The translations under genes were made by a program, and so were the position numbers. From the NCBI GenBank assembly GCA_963728915.1, contig CAVSLV010000001.1:480001-544000 (forward strand): a DNA stretch of 64,000 nucleotides, given 5' to 3'. The DNA is from an uncultured Gemmatimonadales bacterium. GTDB taxonomy: Bacteria > Gemmatimonadota > Gemmatimonadetes > Gemmatimonadales > GWC2-71-9. How positions within the stretch are numbered: position 1 is the stretch's first letter; each line of letters starts with the position of its first letter. The notes beneath the pieces are model-generated. The model saw only the letters and a program-made list of their open reading frames with translations. It did no database searches and was not told where the DNA came from. This document shows, one piece after another, positions 57,100-64,000 of this stretch.

Positions 57100-57711
57100 T
57101 CATGGCCCGGTGCTGGCGCAGTCCAGGCGCGACTGGAATCGAGGCTGGAAGCCCCAGTGGCTGCCCACCAGGAGGAAGGAATTGCGCACGTTAAGGGTGA
57201 TGCCCACGGTCTCGGTCGAGCCGTCCGCGACCTCGAGCGGGCAGATCGGCACCACCGCGGTCCAGCCGCCGCCGGGCGGCTCGACGGTCACCTCGGTGCC
57301 ATCGTGGGTGGTCCCGGAAACCGCCGTCATGACGATCACCACCTGATCATAGGTGCCGGCAGGCAGGGCGCCATCGGGAAGGGTGACCTGCTTGCCGTTC
57401 TCCATCTTCACCACATCCACGGTGACCGGCAGCGCGAAGTCGACGTTGATGAGCTGGCCATCGAGGTTCCGGGCCAGCACGCTCGACAGCGTGACGCTCG
57501 CCGAATCGAACCAGTGCGAGAGATGGGATTCGTCATTATCCAGATTGGCGGAAATCGCGGCGGCGGCGGCACTGCTCCCATCTCCGGAAAGCACGAGGCG
57601 GAGGCGCCCGCTGTTGCTGCCGAACAGACCACCCGCCGAGCATCCGGTTACCGACAACAGCGCCGCGACCGAAAGCAGCGGCACCAGTGAAACAATTCGC
57701 TTCTTGCGCAT
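57100..57711 (-). CDS. DUF4382-like lipoprotein
   Basis: RBS GAGG; lipobox VTGC; GRLRLVLS, LPAGTYDQV, FQPRF. Confidence 0.7.
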   Translation of the reverse strand: MRKKRIVSLVPLLSVAALLSVTGCSAGGLFGSNSGRLRLVLSGDGSSAAAAAISANLDNDESHLSHWFDSASVTLSSVLARNLDGQLINVDFALPVTVDVVKMENGKQVTLPDGALPAGTYDQVVIVMTAVSGTTHDGTEVTVEPPGGGWTAVVPICPLEVADGSTETVGITLNVRNSFLLVGSHWGFQPRFQSRLDCASTGP

Positions 57712-57817
57712 GATGACCTCAGGAAGGGGGTTGTGGGTTCTTCACCGTTGGACGAGCAGCGCCCGGTGGGCCCACACCGCGCACATGGCGGCTGTCGCAA
57801 TTCACGACGTGCGTTCG

Positions 57818-58468
57818 TTACCCCCCAAGGACCAGCTTGCTGCAATGGAATGCCTCGGCGTAGCCTTCCGCCGCGGCGCACTCGACTCCGCGAAGTCGCA
57901 TCAGGCCCAGGAACGTCGCCTCCGCATACCAGTGCTTCCCCGCCTGGGAGGGAAACGCGGAGAGGAGGTGGCTCAATTTGCGGCGCCTCAGCTCCTCGGG
58001 GAGGGGAACGAAGACGTTGGGGGAGCGAAGATCTCCGTCGTACTTGAGGATTTCGTACTCGAGAATCAGGTGGCTCCGGAACGTCTGGTGGGTCAGCTCG
58101 GCCAGGGTGCGATGATCCTGATGGGCGTCGCTCCGGCGGTGGGTGAAGATCAGGTCGGGGACGGTCTCGCGCTGGAGGGTCTCGAACTGGTCTTTGAGCT
58201 CCGCAAAGGCGGCGGGAAAGTATCCGTCCCGGAAGTCGTGCACGGCGATGCCGGCCTCAGGCATCCCGTCGAGCAAGCGTTTCGCGCTGTCCTGGGCCTC
58301 GCGGGCGCGCGCACCGGCGGCGCTGAACACCACCCACCGCACCGCGCTGCCGGGGTGCTCCGCCAGCAGACGTAACACGCTCCCGCCGCAGCCGATCTCG
58401 AGGTCGTCGGCGTGGGCCCCCAGGCACAGCAGGCTGAGCGGACCGGAAGGAAGGGACAGGCTTCGCAT
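57818..58468 (-). CDS. PIG-L/LmbE-family N-deacetylase
   Basis: GAHADDLEIGCGG, RAREA, FRDG, DAHQDH, ILEYEI.KYDGD, YAEAF. Confidence 0.92.
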   Translation of the reverse strand: MRSLSLPSGPLSLLCLGAHADDLEIGCGGSVLRLLAEHPGSAVRWVVFSAAGARAREAQDSAKRLLDGMPEAGIAVHDFRDGYFPAAFAELKDQFETLQRETVPDLIFTHRRSDAHQDHRTLAELTHQTFRSHLILEYEILKYDGDLRSPNVFVPLPEELRRRKLSHLLSAFPSQAGKHWYAEATFLGLMRLRGVECAAAEGYAEAFHCSKLVLGG

Positions 58469-58472
58469 CGAC

Positions 58473-59189
58473 TCAGGTTCGCCAGATCATCCAGGGCGGC
58501 CGGGGTTCCGCATACAGGGAATCAACCCGTTGCTTGTCCTTGGCCGTATCGATGGCGATCCAGAACCCGTCGTGGCGGTAGGACACGAGCTGGCGCTCCG
58601 CCATGAGGCGGCGGAACGGCTCTTCGACCAGGTCCTCGCCATCGCGAAGGTACCGGAAGATGTCGCGGGTCAGGATGAAGAAGCCCCCATTGATGCGGAT
58701 CTCCGATCGCTCGATGCTTCCGAACTCGGTGACCACCCCGTCCGGGTCGGCGGTGACGGTATGGTAACTCAGGGCGGTTCGCACGCTCAGAAAGCTGGCG
58801 ATCCGCTTGTGGCGGCGAAAGTCGTCGATCTGGCGGCTCAAGACATGATCGGAGAGGCCATCGGAATAGTTGGCGAGAAAGACCTCTTCGCCTGCCAGCT
58901 CGGCCTCGACTGCCCGGAGGCGCTGGCCGATGTTGGCCTCGGCGCCGGTGTCCACCAGCCGGATGGACCAGTCCTCGGCGAGCCCCGGATGGTCGTGGAA
59001 GAAGCGCTCGATCACATCGCCCCGATAGCCGAGGCAGAGGATGAAATCCTTGAACCCCTGATGGGCATAGTATTTCATCAGGTGCCAGAGGAGCGGCCGG
59101 TCGCCGATGGTGACCATCGGTTTGGGCACGTTCTCCCTGTACTCCCGAAGCCGCATCCCCAGCCCTCCGCAGAACAGAACGACTTTCAT
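58473..59189 (-). CDS. rfbF: Glucose-1-phosphate cytidylyltransferase-like protein
   Basis: MKVVLFCGGLGMRLRE...PKPMV, LCLGY, VDTG, NYSDGL, INGGFF, HDGFW..IDT.KD. Confidence 0.88.
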   Translation of the reverse strand: MKVVLFCGGLGMRLREYRENVPKPMVTIGDRPLLWHLMKYYAHQGFKDFILCLGYRGDVIERFFHDHPGLAEDWSIRLVDTGAEANIGQRLRAVEAELAGEEVFLANYSDGLSDHVLSRQIDDFRRHKRIASFLSVRTALSYHTVTADPDGVVTEFGSIERSEIRINGGFFILTRDIFRYLRDGEDLVEEPFRRLMAERQLVSYRHDGFWIAIDTAKDKQRVDSLYAEPRPPWMIWRT

Positions 59190-60085
59190 GACGCCTCTTT
59201 GTTCCGGCTCGGCAGCGCCGTTGCGCGGAGCTCGTGCCACAACCGGTCGCGTTTCCAGCGGAACCCATTCAGGACCTGCCAGGAGAGCCCCAGCTTTCGG
59301 CCGAGGGACAACTCCGCTCGTGCGACGCTGCCCAATTCGTCTCGCAGCCGGCACCAGGTAGGCATCGTTGCGCCGGTTCCCCTTCCCCAGTACTGGACCA
59401 CCCAGTCCGGATCCGTCCGGTTATTGCTCATGGAGCCCTGGTGGAGCCGGCGCTGCTGGAGCACCGCGGGGACTTCCATGAATTTTCCCAGCAGGCTGAG
59501 CTCCCCGAGCAGCACGTAGTCGCCCCCCAGATAGGGAGGCAACATCCGGGTGCGGGCCAGGGCGTCGCGCCGAATGACCCCGAGCAGGGAATTCACCCAG
59601 TGGCCGGCCCCGATGACCTTGCGAAACCGCTCCGCCGCCGACTCCTGGGGCAGGTGCCAGCCAGGATCGTTGTGGGCCAGGGGCTGTCCATCCCCATCGA
59701 TGAACTGGGTTCGGGTGCAGGCCAGCACGACGTCGGCGTGGGTATCCAGGAGCGCCACGCAGCGAGCCAGGAAGTGCGGGAGCGCAAGGTCATCACTGGT
59801 CGCCCATTTGAACAGGGGGCCGGTGGTCCGGGTGAAGACCTGGTTGAAGTTCGCCGCGAGACCGATGTTCTCCGGGTTACGCTCGTAGCGAACCCGGGGG
59901 TCCGCCGCCGCGAATGCCCGCCCGATCGCCTCGGTGTCGTCGGTGGAGGCGTTGTCGCTGATGAGCAGCTCGAAATCCTCGAAGGTCTGCGCCAGCAGGG
60001 CCCGCAGGCTTGCTTCGAGGGTCTTGCCCCCGTTGCGCACCGGCAACCCGATGCTGAGCCTCCGGTGAGCGCCGGGTGCGGTCAC
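59186..60085 (-). CDS. Glycosyltransferase family 2
   Basis: SIGLPVRNG, ISDNASTDDT, NIGLAANFN, KWATSDD; GTG start overlapping the upstream stop. Confidence 0.9.
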   Translation of the reverse strand: MTAPGAHRRLSIGLPVRNGGKTLEASLRALLAQTFEDFELLISDNASTDDTEAIGRAFAAADPRVRYERNPENIGLAANFNQVFTRTTGPLFKWATSDDLALPHFLARCVALLDTHADVVLACTRTQFIDGDGQPLAHNDPGWHLPQESAAERFRKVIGAGHWVNSLLGVIRRDALARTRMLPPYLGGDYVLLGELSLLGKFMEVPAVLQQRRLHQGSMSNNRTDPDWVVQYWGRGTGATMPTWCRLRDELGSVARAELSLGRKLGLSWQVLNGFRWKRDRLWHELRATALPSRNKEAS

Positions 60086-61110
60086 GCCCTCACCCAGCGC
60101 AGGTCCCGATCGAGCCGGTGCTCTCCGAGGAGCTGCTTGAGGCGCCCGATCCGCAGATAGCGGGCGCCCAGGAACTCGGTCTCGTTGAGCCGGTAGCGGC
60201 GAAACGCGTCGTAGAGCTGCTCGATTCCCCGGCGCAGGGACCAGCGGGGGCGGGCGTCGGGCAGCACCCGGGCCAGTTTCTCGCAGGCGACCCGGTAACA
60301 CCGCGGGTCGGGTCCGCCTCCCTCGGCGTACTGAATGTCCACCCCCGGAGCGACTTCCGCTACCAGGGCGGCGATGTCGCGGATCTGGTAATTCTCGCTG
60401 CTCTGGCCGACGTTGAAGGCCTGATTGTGAATGCGCTCTCTCGGAGCGGTCAGTCCGGCGAGCAATGCCCCGGCGATGTCCTCGACATGAACCAGCGGCC
60501 GCCAGGGAGTGCCGTCGCTCGCGATGCGCACCGTGCCGGTGGTCCAGGCATACCCGACCAGGTTATTCACGACCAGGTCGGCCCGGAGCATGGGCGACAC
60601 ACCGTAGGCCGTCGCATTCCGGAAGAACACCGGGCTGAAATCGTCGTCCGCCAGCATCGCGAGATCGCGCTCGCTCCGCACCTTGGATTCGCCATAGGCC
60701 GTGATCGGATGGAACGCCGCGTCCTCGTCGAGCATGGCGTCTCCCGCTTTTCCGTAGAGCGCGCACGAGGAGGCGAACAGGAAGCGGGACACCCCGGCTT
60801 CCCTGGCCAGCCGGGCCAGGCGAACTCCGGCGAGATGATTGATGTCGAAGGTGCACGCCGGGTTGAGCTCCCCCAGCGGGTCGTTGGAGAGCGCGGCGAG
60901 GTGGATGATGGCCTCGAAGCCCTCGAGCGCCTCGCGGGTTACGTCCCGGACGTCACGGCGCAGGGTGGGTACCGCGGCCGGCGCCGTCCCGAAGCCGCAC
61001 CCTTCGTAAAGACCGGTGTCGAGCCCGACCACGTCGTGGCCGGCCGCGGTGAGGACGGGGACCAGCACCGCTCCGATATAGCCTTCATGCCCGGTGACCA
61101 GAACACGCAT
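60082..61110 (-). CDS. NAD-dependent nucleotide-sugar epimerase/dehydratase
   Basis: VLVTGHEGYIG, HLAALSND, ASSC..YG, YGESK (YxxxK), RNATAYG. Confidence 0.93.
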   Translation of the reverse strand: MRVLVTGHEGYIGAVLVPVLTAAGHDVVGLDTGLYEGCGFGTAPAAVPTLRRDVRDVTREALEGFEAIIHLAALSNDPLGELNPACTFDINHLAGVRLARLAREAGVSRFLFASSCALYGKAGDAMLDEDAAFHPITAYGESKVRSERDLAMLADDDFSPVFFRNATAYGVSPMLRADLVVNNLVGYAWTTGTVRIASDGTPWRPLVHVEDIAGALLAGLTAPRERIHNQAFNVGQSSENYQIRDIAALVAEVAPGVDIQYAEGGGPDPRCYRVACEKLARVLPDARPRWSLRRGIEQLYDAFRRYRLNETEFLGARYLRIGRLKQLLGEHRLDRDLRWVRA

Positions 61111-61116
61111 TGTTGC

Positions 61117-61848
61117 TCAGGGTGGGAGGAGAGGACGGATGCTCAGATCGGTAACCTCGGCGGTTCCCGGCAACGCGAGCGCCTGGAGCACCATCGTTGC
61201 GACGTCGTCCGCCTGCAACAACCGTTCCGGGCGATAGGGGATGCCCTCCGCCGCGCAGACGACGACCTGCATGGGGGTCGCGGTCCGGCCCGGATACACG
61301 CTCAGGACCCGGATCCCCTCCGGGTTCAGCCGGTCCCGGAGCCGGTCGGCCAGAGATCGCAACGCCTGTTTGCTCTCGCCGTACGCGGTCTCCCGGTGGA
61401 CTCCCGGCAACCCCGCGCTCGAGTTGATGAACACCAGTTGGCCGCGCGGGCGCCGGAGCTCGGGAAGCAGGGCTTCGGTGAGCAGCTCGGGGGCGCGGAC
61501 ATTGACCTGGAAGACGCGATGCCGTGCCCCGGGCTCGCTCTCTCCGGGCTCTCCCTGAAAAATGCCAGCACTGTGGACCAACACATCGACGACCCCGAGC
61601 TCCCGGGCAATCCGGATTCCCAGGCGTCCGGGCTCTTCGGCGAGAGCGAGATCCGCGGCGAGACAGACCGGCCTGCCTCCTCGCGCGGCGATGTCGGCGG
61701 CCACCGCCTCGAGCTGCGCGAGGCGCCGGCCCACCAGCGCCACGGTGCTTCCCGGGTGGGCAAGTCCCAGCGCGATCGCCCGTCCGATGCCGCTGCTCGC
61801 GCCGGTGACGACCGAGACTGGTCCCGGCGTCGTCTCGTCACGCGTCAT
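61117..61848 (-). CDS. Short-chain dehydrogenase/reductase
   Basis: VVTGASSGIG, LVHSAG, FINS, YGESK, VYPGRTATPMQ. Confidence 0.9.
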   Translation of the reverse strand: MTRDETTPGPVSVVTGASSGIGRAIALGLAHPGSTVALVGRRLAQLEAVAADIAARGGRPVCLAADLALAEEPGRLGIRIARELGVVDVLVHSAGIFQGEPGESEPGARHRVFQVNVRAPELLTEALLPELRRPRGQLVFINSSAGLPGVHRETAYGESKQALRSLADRLRDRLNPEGIRVLSVYPGRTATPMQVVVCAAEGIPYRPERLLQADDVATMVLQALALPGTAEVTDLSIRPLLPP

Positions 61849-63124
61849 GAATCAAGCCGGCGCTCCGCAGGCGCTCCACCGCGTCGCGGATCTGCTCGAT
61901 CGGTTGTCCGGAGCGCTCGGCCATATCGGCGACCCCGTGGGCTCCGTCGGAGAGATTCAACACCCAAAGCAAGGTCAGGTCGGTGGCGGACAACTGGCGG
62001 TTCCCCGCTAGGCCTCGGTAGAGGTTGCGCCGGCCGAGCTGCGGTTCGCCGCGCGGATCGGCGCGGAGGTACGGCGGGTCGTGCTCGAGAGCATCGAGGA
62101 TCCGGTTCAGGACCTCATACGAATCGACCAGGGAGTCGGGGCTCACCAGGTCGAGGTTGTCGGCCGAGCTGTGGTATTCGGGATATTCGCCGCTCGGCGT
62201 TCGGCTCAGGCATCCCACAGGAAGGTCGAAGCCCGGGGAGCAGTACTGGCGTTCGTCATGGCCATAGGGTGTAAACGGACGCACCCGGTCGGCCAGCCCG
62301 GCGGAGCGGAACACCCTCGCCGCGGCGCGGTCAATCGCCGCATCGCCGCGCCGGCTCCGCTTGTACGTCGTCGGTCCCGGGTCTCCCAGGGAGCCAAGCA
62401 CGAGACCGTGTTTGATCCGGGCCGGAATCGCCGGGTTACGCGCGAGCCAGACCAGCGAGCCGATCGTGCCTGGAATGAACAGGAAGCGATAGGAGAGCCG
62501 GCGACGCGTGGGGCCGAGGTTCCTGGCCAGCTCCACCGCGAGGGCGACTCCCGACAGGTTGTCGTTGGCCAGGGATGGGTGGCAGACATGGCAGGAGAGC
62601 AACACCTCGTCGGCTGATTCGCCCGGGAGAAAGTACTCCCCATAGGTCAGGGAGCCCGGGGCCAGGGTCGAGTCGATGCAGACGTCGTACTGCCCCTCGG
62701 GGAGGGCGAGGAGCTGCCGGTGACTGAGGCAAAAGCCCCAGCCTTCCTGCCAGTAGCTGGTGCGATAGGGAATCCAGTCGGGGTGTTCGGGGAGAGAGAA
62801 GAGGTGGGGTCGCAGCTCGGCGAGCGACATGCTCCGCCGGACCGGCGAGCTGTAACTCACCACGTGAAGATTCGATGCCTGGAAGTCGATGACGCGGCGG
62901 CCGTCCTGAGCGACGTAGGCGTCCCGGATGTTCCACTCCGGCGGCACCGTCCAATCGAACGCCTGGGTCCCCGAGGGCACTTCCTCCAGAGCGAGGGGGA
63001 CTTCCTGCTGAATTCGCCGAAGCGTCGTCCGGAGCCCCTCGCCGGTCACGCTGCGACAGACCGGGAACAGCTCCGCGACGAGCTCGTACATGCGCCGCCC
63101 GCGGGCTTCGGCCGGTTCGGCCAT
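61838..63124 (-). CDS. DUF4910 aminopeptidase-like polysaccharide biosynthesis protein with C-terminal HTH
   Basis: LFPVCRSVTGEG, FDWTVPPEWNIRDA, NLHVVSYS, IPYRTSY, HVCHPSLANDNLSG, DERQYCSPG, EYHSSAD, LWVLNLSDG. Confidence 0.9.
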   Translation of the reverse strand: MAEPAEARGRRMYELVAELFPVCRSVTGEGLRTTLRRIQQEVPLALEEVPSGTQAFDWTVPPEWNIRDAYVAQDGRRVIDFQASNLHVVSYSSPVRRSMSLAELRPHLFSLPEHPDWIPYRTSYWQEGWGFCLSHRQLLALPEGQYDVCIDSTLAPGSLTYGEYFLPGESADEVLLSCHVCHPSLANDNLSGVALAVELARNLGPTRRRLSYRFLFIPGTIGSLVWLARNPAIPARIKHGLVLGSLGDPGPTTYKRSRRGDAAIDRAAARVFRSAGLADRVRPFTPYGHDERQYCSPGFDLPVGCLSRTPSGEYPEYHSSADNLDLVSPDSLVDSYEVLNRILDALEHDPPYLRADPRGEPQLGRRNLYRGLAGNRQLSATDLTLLWVLNLSDGAHGVADMAERSGQPIEQIRDAVERLRSAGLIHDA

Positions 63125-63125
63125 C

Positions 63126-63665
63126 TCAACCGGATTCCGGGACGAAGTCGGGGTAGGCTTCATCCCGGGGAAGCAGGATGGGTGGAAGGATGGGCCAGGG
63201 GATGCCGAACGCAGGATCGTTCCACCGCACCCCGCGACTCAGCTCGGGGTCATAGAACTCCGACATCTGATACGAGATCTCGGTGTCATCCACGAGGGTC
63301 TGCAACCCGTGGGCGCACCCGGCCGGAACGTAGATGGCGAGGCGATTCTCCTGGTTCAGCTCCACCGCGACGTGCCCGCAAAACGTGGGGGACTCGGGAC
63401 GGAGATCGATGACCACGTCGAGCAGCGCCCCCCGCAGGCATCGAACCAGCTTGACCTCGGCATGGGGCGGCGCCTGGAAGTGCATGCCGCGCAGGGTGCC
63501 CCGGCGCGCCGAATAGGAGATGCTGCACTGCGCCACCCGGGTCTCCAGCCCTCGTTCGGCGAGCTCCCGGGCACACCAGGTCCGGGCGAAAAAACCCCGT
63601 GGGTCCGGCTTTTGCGCGAGCCCGAGGAGGTAGACGCCCGCGAGGGGGGTGGGGGTGAAGATCAC
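63126..63665 (-). CDS. rfbC: dTDP-4-dehydrorhamnose 3,5-epimerase family protein
   Basis: DPRGFFAR, GTLRGMHFQ, EVKLVRC, DLR, AHGLQTL, RWNDP. Confidence 0.92.
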   Translation of the reverse strand: MIFTPTPLAGVYLLGLAQKPDPRGFFARTWCARELAERGLETRVAQCSISYSARRGTLRGMHFQAPPHAEVKLVRCLRGALLDVVIDLRPESPTFCGHVAVELNQENRLAIYVPAGCAHGLQTLVDDTEISYQMSEFYDPELSRGVRWNDPAFGIPWPILPPILLPRDEAYPDFVPESG

Positions 63666-64000
63666 CGGTAGACCCGCGGGGTGGGAATCGGCACGATGAA
63701 CCGGCCGCCCCAGCTGCGGATGTGGTCGAGTTGGCGCATGATCTCGTCCTGGAGATTCCAGGGCAGAATGAGCACGTAATCCGGGCGGGTCTCCTCGAGG
63801 CGCTCCGGGGCCAGCACCGGGATTCGAGAGCCGGGAAGGTATTTCCCTTGCTTGTAGGGATTGCGATCGACCGTATAGGCGATCAGGTCGGTTCCGATGC
63901 CGCAGTAGTTCAACAGGGTGTTGCCCTTGCCGGGAGCGCCATACCCGGCGACCTGTTTCCCGGCGTCCCGGGCTTCGGCCAGGAGCGCGAGCAGCTTCTG
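63662..64000 (-). CDS. NDP-sugar C-methyltransferase, C-terminal part (continues beyond the window)
   Basis: GKQVAGYGAPGKGNTLLNYCG...TVDRNPYKQGKYLPG...PDYVLILPWNL.DEI...WGGRFIVPIP. Confidence 0.9.
   Translation of the reverse strand, partial: QKLLALLAEARDAGKQVAGYGAPGKGNTLLNYCGIGTDLIAYTVDRNPYKQGKYLPGSRIPVLAPERLEETRPDYVLILPWNLQDEIMRQLDHIRSWGGRFIVPIPTPRVYR

Noticed and set aside
42987..62274. Long antisense ORFs (42987..45227, 45473..47374, 49198..51495, 60076..62274 and others, including 41710..42402 over csp)
   Set aside because: Shadows of well-supported opposite-strand genes in high-GC DNA, with no family motifs
1..64000. CRISPR arrays, rRNA/tRNA, prophage, transposases, anti-phage systems other than vapBC
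   Set aside because: No spaced repeats or diagnostic motifs found by eye; a covariance-model or HMM scan is needed to exclude small RNAs fully

Overview
High-GC bacterial chromosomal window, most likely Gemmatimonadota. This is an inference from the Oar-like TonB receptor, the 'LEGRYRVERELGQGGMATVYLAED' Ser/Thr kinase-TPR protein, the ADOP permease and the Big_2 lipoprotein. I saw no rRNA, tRNA, CRISPR array, integrase or transposase. In order, the window holds: (1) the C-terminus of a TonB-dependent receptor, a phospholipase C-like phosphoesterase and an outer-membrane barrel; (2) a surface-glycan operon at 4.2-11.7 kb with two AlkP-superfamily proteins that seem to have lost catalytic residues; (3) a ~10.5 kb accessory block bounded by two copies of one small membrane-protein gene, carrying a LytS kinase fused to a second pseudo-kinase module, a LytTR regulator with visible 21-bp-period boxes, a PDZ/serine hydrolase/M23/DUF4412 operon, vapBC with paired operators, and an HPF paralog; (4) many secreted or lipoprotein genes at 22-34 kb, two of which are built from an ~80-aa 'GDW...YFLPPRD...DRR...DY' domain I do not recognise (one copy and three copies); (5) kinase-TPR, flippase-GT2 fusion, ADOP permease, cold-shock protein, M28 peptidase and PAS hybrid kinase; (6) a CruF-like, divergent Lgt-like and Ig-domain lipoprotein trio; (7) a MarR-EmrB-TolC-EmrA efflux operon; (8) the distal part of a nucleotide-sugar cluster. 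About nine single-base indels break otherwise intact genes and are probably long-read assembly errors. All family calls are by-eye motif recognition; no searches were run.
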